The notes beneath the pieces were generated by a model. That model searched no databases. It saw nothing but the letters and a program-made list of their open reading frames with translations, and was not told where the DNA came from. From Tubulanus polymorphus (Eukaryota > Animalia > Nemertea), in contig NC_134028.1 of the NCBI RefSeq assembly GCF_964204645.1, forward strand, positions 3,844,001 through 3,908,000: DNA of 64,000 bases, given 5' to 3'. Below, in pieces: positions 14,061 through 29,708 of this stretch (the first letter of the stretch is position 1; each line of letters opens with the position of its first letter). The position numbers were made by a program, and so were the translations under genes.

Positions 14061-16516
14061 AGAAGAAATAGGCGTCTATTACTCTTCAGTTGCAATCCCT
14101 ACAACGACAGAACAACACGACCCTTTTTGTGTTACGCCCCGCGACGCCCAATTTGCTCGGAAATTTTACCATCCAAGGTTTTAAATTACTGCTATGATTA
14201 TGCCAATGTCAAATAAACAGATGGTAGACTATCTAGTCATTATTAGTTTTTGATAACAGAAAAAAACGTCATGGCAAATTGCTCCACCAAATACACACTG
14301 GACCGCGGTTCAACATGAAATCATAAAAAACGTACAATAAACTAAACCGCTTATATGCAATTGATCTTAAGTTGAGATTTTCCTAGTAAAGAAACAGTGT
14401 TAACTTCGAATCATATTGCTTAACCGATGTATACAACGGACGTATTTCCATATACGAAAGACTATTGTTTACGAAATAAAGAGCATTCATTAATTATCGG
14501 TAAAATGATATTACTGATTGGAATATATAGTTCAGATCCTCCGCCCTTGTGCTATACATTGTTTCTTTTCTATCGCGGTCCATTCAGCTACTTAGATATA
14601 CTCGTAATATTCAAGTTTCATTTATCATTCACGAACAGTTTATTTCGATATCGCTATGACGTGAAACGGAAGCGCTCAGCTCAGTCGGCTGTTCAGTGTA
14701 GAAATAAAATTTTAATCACCACATTCTCGATGAGTCTCTCTCTGAACTGGCTGCGTGCACTCAAATCCCACCGGATGCGGAAGTGTGCAATTGTCAAGAT
14801 TAGCGGGATTACGAAAGTAATTTCAACAAAAGATTCGCGGCACTTTTTGACGGCAATTAATGTCACTATTTGCTTCAGTCATCGTCGATGTTGTTAGCCT
14901 TAATTATTACTACGTCTTCACATGAGAGATTCTTTGTTTGCGCAGTCATCAAGAGTAAAGATTCGCACCAATCTATGCGCTTCAGATTCCTCTCTCAAAA
15001 TTCCTTGCCACTTGTAATAAATAGTTCATGATTTTTTAAGACACGCTGTATTTGTTTCTGGCCAGCAGTGAATCGAAAAAGGTTCTATTTATGCCGGAGA
15101 TTCGACGCGTCCGGATTTTGAAGAGTATGCGAATGGATCGGTCGTGTACGGTTATTCAAGCCGCGGGCAAGATTTAGATTATCGATGAAGTCTAAATGTA
15201 GGACGATTCTCAGCACTAATATCGAAGAGTTAGAACGGAGAAAGTGTTGTGTAATACTATGAAACTAGTTTGAAACTAAGTTTTTCTTAAGATGCTGACC
15301 TCTTTATCTAACCGGAGCCGGTCCTACAGTTGGGACTGAGATTCGACCTGATTTTAACTCTAACATCCCTCACTTTATCGTGTCCAGCTTCAATAGTCAG
15401 CACTACGCAAAATCTCAAAGGTTTCTATGTTTATTAATTCTTAGTTCTACCTTCGGCAAATGCGAAAATCGGACGAAAAAAGTGAATTTCTTGATAGCAA
15501 TGTCAAAGGTATAAAGAATGATAATCATGGCGCGTTGTCGAACAGTTACATATCTATTCAGCAAATGAAATCCATTCGTTAAAAGACGAACTTAATTATA
15601 CGTATAACGGGAATGGACTGATTTGAACCTTCAACGTATCACTATTTCAACCGATTTGATCTAGGATTCGACCTTGATTAATCGGTTATTAACCGGTACT
15701 CGATCGGTTTTGATGAAGCCCTCGTACACGATTTCGGTTCGATGTTTACGGTAATAGGTGCGCGGTTGCGTTGGGCCGCAATCGAATTGTCGTCGAAGGA
15801 CGCTTATTATAATAACTACGTTGCCGTGTCATGGCTGAGGATGCCGCGTGTAAGTAAAATTTCCAGCATCGCGCGCGTCACTTCATCCGTCGTAAAACAT
15901 AATACGCATAAAGCGAGCCGTGAATTGCCGGTACCACATACCCATAATATGATATTCGTAGAAATTTGTCGTATTCTTCAGACGATCGATATGAAACTAG
16001 GGAGGACCGAGACGGTTCGCGTCATCGTCGATGGTAAATTTCATTAGGTGGCCCCAGATGCGAACGGCTAAATTGCATCAGCTCGTCAATGATGCGCTAC
16101 ATGGCAAATTTTTGCTGCCTTCACTGCGGGTAATGAATACGCTACTGCCGCCGCGTCGAGCAATTGATTGCCCGATATCTTAAACGGGCAAATAAATTGC
16201 AAAATCCTATCGCCGACGACGTCGATATACACGAGTCTCAACGCTCTCGTTATGAACCGTCGAAAAATCATGAAGCCGCGCGAATTGCTCGGCTAATTCC
16301 GCTAGTCGTATAAACGCCCGCGAGAAACTATAAACCGACATGCAATATTTGAAGTTTGTGGCCACTTGTCGTAATAAATTGCCGATAAAAATGCTCACGA
16401 CGGAGTTGCGAACAATCTCGCACTCAATTTGTATACTTCGAAAAGTTTGATCGGGTCAACGTGAAATACGTTGCATATGCATTGTAAAATCCCACTGAAA
16501 ATTGAATGACTAAAAA

Positions 16517-16620
16517 GTTTGTTTAGAAATATTTCGGGTGGTTCCTGGTTCCTACCACCTCTTTTCTGTCTAAAAGGTGGTCGGAGCCACCCGATATATT
16601 TCGAGTATTTTCTAACAAAC
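16517..16620. repeat. Imperfect foldback (inverted repeat)
   Basis: gtttgtttagaaatatttcgggtggttcc...accacct pairs with aggtggt...ggagccacccgatatatt...tttctaacaaac. Confidence 0.6.
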
Positions 16621-18100
16621 ATTCATGGTTTCATCACGAATATTGTGGATCTTACTGATTCACGGTCTGTATTAATTAACATAAAAGCGTGTGTCTTAGT
16701 TAAACGTAAGCCATTTGCGACATACGACCAAATGCCCGGAGCAATGAAACGTCATTTGTTCTTTTTTTTCATTCCATACCGAGTTTCGATGCGATTTCTT
16801 TACGTTTGAGAATTCGCATTCATTTCGATCGATTCCGCGTCGCCAAATTAGAAAATCAAATGAGAAACTGTTTGTTTGTTGTGTATAGCGTGAATCTACT
16901 GGGGGTAGAACGATAGGAAAACTAGGGAATGTTAATCCGATTTCAAGTTACAGCACTAAGCACCATCTATGCAAATAAACATTTGCTTGTTTCAATATTT
17001 GACTTGGTTATTGAGCGATCTCCTCCCGCGAACGGAATGTACACACACTTCCGCCATATCTGCTGAAGTGCGAACTTCAGCATCGGACGAATAAGTTGGA
17101 AAATAGAACCATCTTTTATTCATCTTTTCTGTTGAACGAAGTATATGAACGCTACCGGCCATCGAAATCATAACACGAAACAATAATCGGCAAAATTATT
17201 GAATCGAAAATATTTTCATCAAAAGAATTATTGATGCTGTTCGCACTTCTTTGAACGGCTGATTTTCGTAGGTTTTATCGGTCGGACTTGACGTAGGCGT
17301 GCAAATCATAAATGGCGCTTCGATTGAAGAGATCGAATTCATCTCTAATTCAAATCGTATCAATGTTCACTAGTTATTCAATTCCATCCGCAACGAAGCT
17401 TTTACGTATTATTCATGATCCGGCGGAATTCCTTTAGACAAATAAGGAAATAATTCATCACTGATATGTGAATGGTGTAGGAATATATAATTGTGTTCGC
17501 GCCGTCACCTCTTGAAATATAATAGATTTCATGATGCATCCGATAAAATTGGAAATATTGCTACCTAAACACGTATGTGTGTATGTATGTATGTATGCGA
17601 GGCGAATGTTGATGCTGCGGATAATGCCTTGCAGGTATATATATAGTTTCAATATACATCGACAAACTGCAAGTACAAAATGCAGATGCCAATTGCGTAG
17701 ACAAGACAGTAATACAAAGCTCAGGGAACGTGGGTAGAAATTGCTGCCAAATTTGAAGATGAAGCAATTAATTGATCGTAACATGTGATAATTTTTTTCA
17801 CGTATAGCATTTCATTCAAATCGTACCTGTTTGCCAAAAATAAATTCAGCGCTTTATTTACAAATCAATATTTGAAATATTTCGAGGAATGTTCTTTGTT
17901 TGAATCCGCCTTCGCAGTGTGAATTACAATATTTAAGCGTAGTCGTACGAGTCCTTGAAGTGTCAATTTTTAGTCTTCTCGTAGATTCTGATACACATTT
18001 TTACCACTCTGTTTTCGATTATTAATTCGCATTAGAAATACTTTCAGGAGATAAAAAATTGATCGATTTCACCCACATAGCAAATCGCGTTACACTTTTA

Positions 18101-18186
18101 CTCCACTTCTTGACTTCAAGTCATTGTTGTCAACTTCAAAAAATTATTTGAAGTTGACAACAATGACTTGAAGTCAAGAAGTGGAG
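18101..18186. repeat. Perfect 40-bp inverted repeat with 6-nt loop
   Basis: ctccacttcttgacttcaagtcattgttgtcaacttcaaa, loop aaatta, then the exact reverse complement. Confidence 0.97.
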
Positions 18187-21100
18187 CAGAAATCGAAGGT
18201 ATTGTAGTTTGTCAGCTCTGGCTTCGGTTATGCCCAATAAACCATTTGAATCTCAAAAATTTGTATGCTATTTGTACGCAAAAACGTATGTCTTTACGTG
18301 GTCCATGGAACGCCGTGAACGACCTGCTATCAGTAGAAAATATTTAAATGTCAGTGCCAAGAATTGTGGATAAGTTAAGGTTCTTTTCCGGGATATTCCT
18401 GGAAAATTTACCGATAACAACGCGATATAATTATTCACAAGCATACGGCGATATATTCGATAGAATTCATAATTTGAAGGTATCACTATTACACGTTTAA
18501 TAGAGACTCAACTTTCGAAGCTATTTTGGTGTCTTAATTGAAGGTTACCGATTTCCATCTATAGATAGCATCATTGGATATGAATAATATCGAACAAAAG
18601 GTGCCGACCAAGGACAGGACCAAACCGAAATTCACTCGGTGGAAATCTGTCTAGACGACGAGGTTAGATGCTAAGTCACGGTGGCCACGGCAAGTGAGGA
18701 TGGATTTTCTAGTCTGTTGTACCGTAGCGCGCAATCAATGAGTTAATTGGAAATTCTCGTTTGGCATGGTAAAACGATATTGCTTACAATTGAATTTTCT
18801 CTATCCGTGATATCGAATGGTGCACGCGCCAAGACGAATATGAAACGAAGTCGAGTCAAGTGAATAGATACAGAGTATTCACGTTCAAACAAAAAACCCG
18901 AACTCCAAGGGGCTCGATTCGTTAGAAATCATACCAACACTCGGCTCTTTCTAGTAGACTCAGATGAATAGTTACATCGTCCAATAAACCCTGATTTGGT
19001 CATTGTATAGAAAATGCAGGCAGAAAGAATACTATGAATTGTGCTATGAACCAGCATCGCTGATTGATTCGAACACGAGCCCAATTATACCTAAAAAAAA
19101 TTCATTCATCTTTATATTCGTTTTCTCGCTAGCGTCAGTCGTACGCGCGACCAGTTCTCTGATACTACGACAACGTGGACATTTTTTTTTACTTTACTCG
19201 AGGTAACAATATCGTCATCCAGCGACTTACGTCGAATGGTTCGCGAAAACGTCATGTCCCGGGGTTGATTAATCACCGAAAGAGAGGACAAAAGTGTCAG
19301 AATGCTGGCAAACTCACAGCGTGAGTATCTGTGAGTAACTAAACAGAGATGGATAAGCCGCCACTGCGTGTTTTATTTTGACCGACGGTATTCTTCCATT
19401 TTGTCTGATCCCAAGGAACTTAAGATATCTAGCACGAATTTGACTCAAATCTCGGTTGTTTTCGTAAAAGAAAAAAAATTGAAAGAGCGTAGTGAAAAAA
19501 CATCTGTAGCAGATGTGATCATACGTCAATCATACATCACATTCGTACATCGACAAATACATAGAGAATTGTAGATGTTCCTATGATCGCTTTAACATAT
19601 TTTTCATCCATACTTTTTATCAAGTGCAATTAATCACAAAGGGATCCATGAATGACCAAAAAGTACTAAAATCTAAGAAATATCCATCTTATATTAATGA
19701 ACATTTATATGAATCGATTATTCGATTCGACAAATATCGTTGTATAACTTCGTTTAGTTTGGGTAAATGGCGGCCATGCCGTGACATCTTACTGTGCAGC
19801 TCAGCAAATAGCTTTGTTTCTATAACAACTCGACTATTGATGCCTGGCAAAACTTGCATCACGTGAGCGAGTGCTTCATCTAGTTCTATTCGTTATTGTA
19901 ATGATTCTTTGTTTCGCGTCGGTTTCTCTTTTTTTGTACGTGGAGAGAAGTACGAAATTTAATGGACAAAATGAGCTCGAATGCCAGCGCCGGACTCGGG
20001 AACATTTCACTGCGTGTGATTTCTGTTTAGATCGGTTTTGATATTCTTCAGATTGTGGCCGCAAACGTATTCTCTAAGATAAAAGAGTTTATACGGAAAT
20101 GAAGCATGAGTAATAGGACACGACAGTGCGCCAAGTATCGCTAGATTGGTACCGATGAATCTGCCAGATTAAACGCTTCGTATCACAGTTAATTCGCTTA
20201 GCCTTAGCGCTCGGCTCGAATAGTCAATTCCTCTAGTAAATTTAACCCGGCAAATGTACGGCGGCTCATACGACAGAGCCAGTGGTACGTCTAATTCTGC
20301 CTTTAATGGTAGTTTACCCATGCGACAGCACGGTTAAGTCGGGAGTTAGCCAATTAGTGTCAACAGAAGCTTCGCTCAGTGGAAAATTGGCTCCGAGAAC
20401 AAATCCCTTAAAATCATTAGAGATGTTTAGCAAATGAACTAGTCATATGATATACTGGTTCTGTAAGGCGACGCTGTCAGGCTTCATTCATCGACTCAGA
20501 TGACAAATGGTAATAAAACATACAGCAATTTAGACGGCCATCGATCGAAAATCTTGCGAGCTTAATTGAAAACTTCGAAAAATAAATTCCACTGACAAGT
20601 TGTAAAACGCGCGCGCGTCAACATCGATTTATATGAGATATTCAAAACTTATATTACTCGAAATAAAAACAATTTGTCCGCAAATGAACATCGTATATTT
20701 TCAACGAAGACTCAAATGCGCGCGCCTCTCAAAACGATATTCAATTAAAGCGCCACCAAAATTCGAGAGACTGACTAAATTAATCAACGATTTGGGAAGG
20801 ATCTGCTCAGAGAAATGAACAGTGATTCGTGCTGTGTGTTATACGTAGTCGTGTGAGCAGATGTTCAGAATTCCACAAGAGACCGAATATCGTCGTCAAT
20901 ACCTTCCTTCATCGACGGTGTATCCAGTTAATGGGAAACCCTAGTTTCAGATGTAAGGCCTCGAAAGAACAAAAGCGAGTCAAACCCGTGCGATGTGTAT
21001 ACTGTTTCAATGTACCGGTTTTCGCCCAGGGTATAAATGCAGTACGCGCGATATTTTCACGAAAATGTTGAGCTCAAATTTTTCATTCAATTGCTGTTGG

Positions 21101-21520
21101 TTCAGTCAAGTTTCCAACGTCGAAAAGAATTCGTAAACCTTAACCGTTTTAAGCGTCAACATTTTCATGAAACTGGACCCTGAGCAACTTTCTATCTGCG
21201 GTTATTTTCGGTTATTTTCAGTTGTACCTTCGTCAGTTTTATTCACTGCAAACAATTCACAGACTCTTCAATGATGTAATGCAGAACCGATGTCGCCATT
21301 GAGTGCGTACAACTATCCGTAATACAGGACAACTTTATCAGTTTCCTATATGCGGCTGCTATATTTTAATTCTTCGTATATTGAACTACACTGTCCTATC
21401 TGACGGGTGATTCTGACATATCCAATTGACAGCCGTATTGTAGCTATACTAAACGAATGCTGCATTTTGACTTTTTTACTGGTGAATATTCGCTCTTCTA
21501 TAATTATATCTATACTTCAG

Positions 21521-21624
21521 GGGCCGGTTTTATACACTGGTACCAACCCGGGGCGTTAACTCAATCGAAACTGAATTGAGTCAACCTTCGAGTTAAAGTT
21601 AATAAAAGTTGATAAAACTGAGCC
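21521..21624. mobile_element. Degenerate MITE-like element related to 1217-1362
   Basis: gggccggttttat ... ataaaactgagcc imperfect TIRs; internal ttaactca/gagttaa motifs shared with the 1217 element. Confidence 0.4.
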
Positions 21625-23812
21625 GTCTTAATATGCTATCATAAACAAGCAATTTTGTAATATTCGAACCCACAGAAACACGATAGTTTTTTTTCGGAAA
21701 TTAGATACGTTTAAACGATGAGGTGATAAGTTGTAATTTAGTTATATTAATTCAACGATATTATACTGTATTGGAAATATAAACGCTTAAAGCTTTATGG
21801 AAGCTATTATCAATTTTACCCCAACGATAAACTACTCAACAACTTTATTGAATACCAGTATTAATGTTCCATAAGACAAGTACAGTAGTAATCGATTCAA
21901 TCTGAGAAAATACTTTCAAATATGATTTTTGAGAATTGCATAACAGATTCTAAAGATATTGAATCATCAATAGATGATGCATCGTAATCGGGATTTCTCA
22001 GAATCAGAAACTATGGTTTGCAATCAATTCTATTTTGAATCCCTAAGTTACATTAAGTTCTACAAAAGTTACGGTAACTTTTTTTTGTCACAAAAACCTC
22101 TGAAGAATGCGACTGCTTCGAAACCAATGACTTCTTACAGTTTTAAAAAACTTTTTTCTTTTCGATCTAACCATGGACTCTCGTGGTTTAATTAGAATTC
22201 AGAGATGATTTTGTTTCAAGCGCAAAACTGCGAAAAATTCGCGATGTTTAGATAAACACACACAAGATATATACGTATAAAGTATATAAAAAGTCAGTAA
22301 CCCTACCTTAAAAGTGAATTCCCAAAACAAAACAGTGTCCCGGCTTTGCAACAAGTTACACAGGGCTCGTGGCGGATGATTCTGCGCGCACGACAGGGGC
22401 AATTAGAAACCGAACTGATGAAGTGTCACGTGTATTGATCATCCGCGATGTCGCAGGCACGCCTTTATCGTATATCCGCTCCGATCACCCAATCAGCGCC
22501 GCGTTCAGGGTTGCCGCTTCTGCTGCAATTGATGCGGCGAAACGAAAAGGCCCCGACGACGACGACGACGTCGAGCACCCGGGTGAATCTATAATAAACA
22601 TGTCTGATGAAATGCCAATGTTTCTTTCGAATGCCGCCAAACATTGAAATGAGCCAAATGAATTATCCCCTTCGGTTATTCTAAATATATACACACTCGG
22701 TGCCATTATCGGTAATGTTGTTTTCGCACTGAGCGCAACTAGACAACAAGGAATATACCCCTATATATGTATGTACGTAATATCGACGTTTCTGATGTAT
22801 AAAGGAGAGGAGATAGCTCTTGTATATATAACAAACCCCTCGATATTTCCATTTACGAGAGCATTACACGTAGAATAACGCGGAAAAATACGTATTTCTT
22901 CGGGATTTTTTTTTAGATATCTGCGATGATCTAATATTTAATTTTCAAAAGTATATTGAAATAATGAAATGTAAATGAATTAGTTAGTTTACGAGTTAAA
23001 AAATACTTGTTCGTCTAAAGTGCGCTCGAAGTACATACCGTATAGATTCACGTGCATTTCGTTTAAGGGAAAATGTCATATACGGATAGATTTTGACGGT
23101 TTCGAGTTTCTTGCAGCGAAAAATTTATCCTGCGGGTAAACATGATTCGTACATGTTTTGAACACACAGGGAAAAGGAGTGCTAACATCGACCATTCGCG
23201 GAGGCATCGCGAATATACGTAGGATTCACTTAATGAAGCTTCAAATCTGTCCGCATACGTTCATTTTTACAAATCGATGTAAACATACTGAACGTGAGAA
23301 GTATCTCCGACTGAAAATTATTGCTCCAGGTAATTTGAACTACATGTTCTCTGTTTTCGCTCTGGTCTCTGATTCCGGGGCACTGAACTCGTGGAATGAG
23401 TGTAAACGAGTCGATTTGTCTAGGGTGTGTCTGTTCGCATTGTACGACAAACGACGTAATTGAACATCGATTCAAACCCCGTCAAAACTGTAACAATAAG
23501 GTGGGTGAGTTATCCACTGCCACATTACGTTAATTAGAAAACGTCTGCTCTTTAGAATGAACGGAACGAAATCTCTAGAAAATCTATAGGCTCCATTTTG
23601 TCGTGTGTTGATGGATGTAAAATTGGATATTCAATGCTTTATCGGTTGCAAATATGACGAATTAACTTAAGGGTAAACAAAGTTGAAATATTTCTCGCTG
23701 ATATTCGGAAATTGGTTCCTGACTCGTGTTGTTTGAGGCGTATATTCTGAAAAGTAGTGAACACCTTTGTGAAGGTAGTCGAATGAAACACTCTAATCCG
23801 TGTAAACTGTAG

Positions 23813-24029
23813 AATTAAGAAGTCCCACAATAGAATTCGATATGATGAAATTCATTTAAACGAAACCACAACGTTTTGGCTGTTGACTTACAGATATTAT
23901 CAGGTGGAATGATTGTATGATGGTGGAATCTGTTCCATCTGATGATGCCTGTTAGTCAACAGCTGAAACGTTGTGGTTTCGTTTTAATAAATCTGATCAT
24001 ATAAATTTCTATTCTGGGACTTCTTAATT
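23813..24029. mobile_element. Foldback/hairpin MITE, ~217 bp
   Basis: The long arm aattaagaagtcccacaatagaa...aaacgaaaccacaacgtttt.gctgttgact pairs with agtcaacagctgaaacgttgtggtttcgttt...ttctattctgggacttcttaatt. A degenerate copy lies at ~52490-52657. Confidence 0.75.
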
Positions 24030-27000
24030 TATCTTTATATGAAGTTTCTACGCTTCCGACGTATTGTTCAGTTCTTGTTAATAAATGTACAATATCTGTA
24101 GCTATAAACCGTTAACCCATAGTTTCGATACATCAAAAATATTCGAGGAGATGCTATGAACAAAAGCACCGACGTTTTATGTCCTGCGAGGTGAATATAG
24201 CGAGTATGAAATTGCCGCCATCATTCGGCGACAAACAGCTAAATTATCTGCTATCAACAGTTTGATTGCGCCGTTCGCGAACACAAAGTTACCTCTAGAA
24301 CCGAAAATCCGACAAAATTGTGAACTCTGCTTTCGCACTTGAAATGACTCGGTACTGATTTGTGCGTAGTTATATAAATGATTTGAATATGCATTGAACT
24401 ATTTTTTTTCCAGAAATGAAAAATGATAACCGACCAAGAAACATTGTTAAAGAATGACATCTCTCAGCGCAAGGTTTGATAAATTATAAAGAATTTGATA
24501 TATCTAATCGTAGACTAATTATTCTATGAATATTTCAGTGGTATGCGACGCCTGATTCTTAACGCGATTGAACTTCAGCAGTCTCGTGTCTGCTACAGTG
24601 AGCCGCCAATTACGACACTGAAATCATCTCGTACTAGGAGACCAAATAATACGTCTTCAAAGCTAGTTAGCGAAAATTGAAGCTGATGTGTAACTAGGGA
24701 AATTCACGACGAAAACATGTGAACAAAGCCGTAACGAGACGTTAATTGGAACATACACCTAATCAGAGCTGTAATTAGCTTCACTTTGTCACTCTTTTTA
24801 CTGCCGGTAACAAACACTTTATATTAACTACACTATAAATATTTGATTAAAATCTCGGCGCTTTCCGCGCTTTCCGCGTCTGCCACAGCGCGTAGTGATT
24901 TATCGTGTGCGATGCGTCTCGATAATGCGTGCATGAGCGACTACGTAATAGGTCCCGAGAGTACGCTTCATTAAGTTCGCCGTACGAGTCAGGAATGTGC
25001 GCTGAGATCGAGATTTGAGATTTTTTCACACTATACCGCAATTCTTTTTCACCTATTCATTCATTGACTCTACGTAGATAACCGGAGCTTTCGGTAGTGC
25101 GCATGCGCGTTTATTTGCTCGATAGCAGAAAGGTTTGGCATGACAATTGAGATCGCTTGACTCCCCTCAATTTATGTGTGTCGTTTATTTCTTGAAAACA
25201 GAAAACCTGTGCTTTTGGAATCGTTCAGTTGTGGATGCATTGATGTTAGATGTTGGACACATTGTAAGTTTTGATCCACGACTGGGCCTAATCATTGGTG
25301 AAGTACTTTATATCCGTGTTGAGACGATTTAAATAGAATCCTTCACTAAACGAAAGATGAACTCCGAAAAGTTTCCCCAAAGCTGATAACTAATCGAAAC
25401 GTCGAATCAATACATTATTAGCTTCAAGGAAACATTTCTGATTTCATCTTTCGTTATGTGAGTGTGGGATTCTCCAAGATACACTGGGCCTGAAACTTCT
25501 TTTCAATTAATTTTTGGCATAAAAATCAGCGCACGCTTCTTGAGGCATAGTGATACGACATAGTGATAATGCGATAGACGTACACACGTGTATAATGATC
25601 TATATTAGAATGTTCGCAGGATTAATTGTTATGGAATCTATTTACTTGCAGTTCCGGATGAGATTAAACACACGAACGGTCGTAATCAATTAGTTATCGA
25701 CTGCCAATGCGACTCGCAGGAAATCGCCATACGACTCTTGATCAGTGAGAGGACACTTCCCGTTTCCGTCGGCAAACCATATTTTATCGGTTCTCGCTTA
25801 ATGTATTCCATTAACATTCGCCTCGTCCGCTAGGGGAAAAGTGTGACTGACGTTCGATATCAATTAACCCCGGTGTGAGTTTCAGCAGCAGTTGGGTGGA
25901 TCGCCATAGCGGAAAATTAACTTCCGTACCATACTTTCGTTTCGGTTACAGCATACTAAGTGTATATAACGAAGGTAATACGAAGACAATGTGCGATCAG
26001 GAAAACCTGTTAGAATCCTCTCTTCAGCTCATCTGTATAAACTCCGTGAACCCCAGTTCACTTTTATGCACTTTTGGATCTAGAGCCGTTTTTCGATATG
26101 CACCTGCCTGCACATGGAAATTAAAACAATCTCTCTACAAATCAATTCGATTTAGAAGAGTTCAGGACACGTTTTAAGACATCCCCCTTTTCAGACGATA
26201 CTTTTGTTGGAGGAGCGCATTCGAACCGGGATACATTCGCTATATATATATAAAGTATTTATTATTAAGAAACATAAATACTCCTATAAATTGGCCACGG
26301 AATTCGACAACGATTTTATGGTTTAACGTTCAAAATGAAACCTTTGCTTTATTCATCACAACGTTTGTCATTTCCACTACATCAGTTTATTCGTATTTGT
26401 TTCTCTGGAATGTTGAATTTCAGGATAGTTCAGTATGAAGCATGATGTTGTTGTTGTTCGGTATTATTAAACACGGCCGGTGTACTGAACCGCGGTGCTG
26501 CGGAGCCGGGGACAATGCGTTGAAATCAATGATTTATCCATTCCGTGCGATTATTTGCTAAGAAACCGCTTTATGAAACTTTAATCAGATTATTGGCGGA
26601 TTAAAACAAAACTACAGCGCCGTTTCACGAGACGATTTATTCGGTATCGATTTAGTTTTACCTGGCTACAGCTATTACCAGAGTTTTCTTTCCGCTTCGA
26701 CTCGCGATGTACTCGTACGGTACCTGTGTTCGTATTGATTGAAATAAATGCGCGTCCGCAGGAGGCTAATTCTTACTTTCAGCCACATTCACTAATTATA
26801 CCGTGATCTGACTGATTTCTGAGCGCCCACATAACATATAACCCCGGCATAGACAGAGTTCATCGCAAACGTTTTTCTGGTCCGTTTTAGGAGACATGAA
26901 ATATGTACCATTACGCGGAGGCCGCGTAGGAGTCAAACGTCGCGTCGATGGCGATGTCGTGTATTGAGAGTTTTATCATTTATTTCGAGCGTGTTCGGAA

Positions 27001-29517
27001 TTCGAAATTGCCTTTGAACTGCGTCGTGTATCCTGTGCCTGAGAGACTATAAAACGGCTCGTATAAACGTTTGTGGGCATTTTTCATTACTTTCTAGAGA
27101 ACCATTACAGCGTCCGGAGATCGTTCTCTGACCGCTGATGCGTCACTGGACGATGACATCGGATAAGCGCCGTAAATATTTTTACGTTATATCTTCCTAT
27201 TGGGGGACTTGTACGTTTGACATAATTCTTAACTGGCTTCTTCAAGTCTCCCCTGCTTAATATTGAAATATTTCATTTAACTTCATTATTATGATGTATA
27301 ATGATATATTGTAATATTTAGTGGAAATAAATATATTATATATTATGTTAATCAAATAGGTTCATTTTCTTCACCACGTCGCTAACGCTGTACATGGCAG
27401 TATAGCCTAGAAACAATTCGGACTGGAAAACAATTACTCACAGATAATGATAGCTAATCACAATGATCAACTGTACACGCATATTCAGTAGTACATTATT
27501 TACCCAGTGTGATATCCTAGGATTTCTCGCGTTCGCTATAATTACTTGTAACTTTTGCACTATCAGTCACGACTATTTGGATCAGGCCACGGAATGAGCG
27601 TATTGCATTTTACCCCCTTCGTCTACTAACTGTCCTTAGAATCGAAACGATTTCTGCAAAGATCCACCATCACCCAGTTCAAACACTTCCGGTGTAATCT
27701 AATTGTTCTACAGTCGTTTCAAAAATCGATTACTGCGCAAGTATTTCAACGGGAAGAAAATAGGAATATTGGAAATATCATAATACATCATCGAAATGAT
27801 GTGCATAGTTTTGAAAGTGTCTGCACTACTTTTTGAACGGGAGGACGTGGCTTACTGTTGACGGTATCTTACTCGTACTTAGCTAACACAAGTCGATGTT
27901 GCGGGCAGAAAAATAGAAATCAAGGCCACTTTTCGTTAATCAAGTGAAAAAGGTAAAAATAAAGATGGATCGCAGCGCATCGGTGGCGTCTGGGGTAATG
28001 ATGGAAAATACAACGGCGACTATAGTCACCGGAGCGTGTAATTAAAATTTCCGTTTGCAGACAGATCTCTGACAGGTGGAACCAACAGAAACCGTTCCAG
28101 GCTGATTCCTTGCACGACATCAGAAATTCTCTATACAACTATATGAATATACGTTTATACACGCACCAACATCAAAACACTTCGTCAAAAATCGTCGCAA
28201 ATCTCGTTGAAATTATCCATATTTCTGTAATGATTTATTTTCATTTCGAAAATACGCATCAATTACGGCGAAATCCATCACATGATTTTGTTAAAAGAAT
28301 TTAGATCGCAACTACGCATTGCAAAATAAAAACTGATCAATGCCTTCGAGGTTTTGCATTTTTCTTCCAATTCAGAAAAAAAAAATTTCGAACGATGTTA
28401 GATGATAGATTATCCCGGATGACGACAATCGAATTTCTCTCCATTAATGACGTCGACGAAAAATATCTTATAGCGTCATAGCTTTGTCGTAAAATACGAA
28501 ATGAAACCCGTGCGACAGAGCGGCAAAAACCTGGGTTTCACACCGTTAAGATAAACACAGCGCCGGATGATTTATAGTTAGTCGGTTATTAACAGTTTCT
28601 TGCACACCTGATACGTGTTGTTTCGCTGGTTATCCGCTTCGAACAGTCGGACCCCGATCGCTTCGCGAAGACATTCGTTCGTTCAAAGGTTAAACTAATT
28701 TGTGAATCGAAGCCGACGCTAACGATACAGCATATTCGAACTCATCGAAAAAAACGTCCTTGAATTATTTACTCAATAAACAATAGATAGTAATGGTTAT
28801 AGTAAAGCCCGGCTGCGAATAGATTTTATAGTTTTAGTGAATGTTCGAAGTTGTTACGTTTAAGGAGATTGAATGAGATATCCCTGTCTACTATTGTTTA
28901 TTCTTTCTACGGCATTCTTCGTTCCATTTTGCTGATTGATTGTTGCACTTATAAATCATACAAAAGCTGGATACATCAGAGTTTCACTACTAATGGCGTC
29001 ATTAGGAGCGCGCCGAGTCCTTTCTGAACGGATCTTCGTAATGTCGCCATTTTCGAGGTGTAAATTCTCGTATTTCGAGCACGTTTTTTATCGAAGTCAA
29101 AACAGTCGTGTTCTTCGTTTTAAATACGGAATAAATTTCCGCCGATGACGTCATTTAATAGCTTCCTGTTTGACAGCGGCTTCAGTGAATTTCCTGACTC
29201 GTGTTTAGAGTTGTTCGGCTCGACAGTGTAATCCACTGTCACCGATGCGGATTTCAGGTTATGTACGTGGAAGTGTCATGACGCCTTCGAGCTTCAGTTA
29301 CATTCGTTTCGGTATTCAGAATTATCTGAATGTTTTAATCCGAACACTCGAAATCGTCGGATTTATTTTTTCACGAAGCGGCGCTCGCATTTGAAGTCTG
29401 CATCGGATTAAAAGAAAATATCAAATCCTATTTACTCATCGTCGCGTCAATATTTCCCTAAATTCAAATGTATATCATAACTTACTTTTTCAGGGAAAAA
29501 ATAGGTACAATACGATA

Positions 29518-29708
<191 letters not shown>

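Noticed and set aside
22369-22647. 92-aa ORF with DDDDD
   Set aside because: GTG start, no recognisable motif or splice context; a GC-rich patch with a short (GAC)n run, more likely regulatory.
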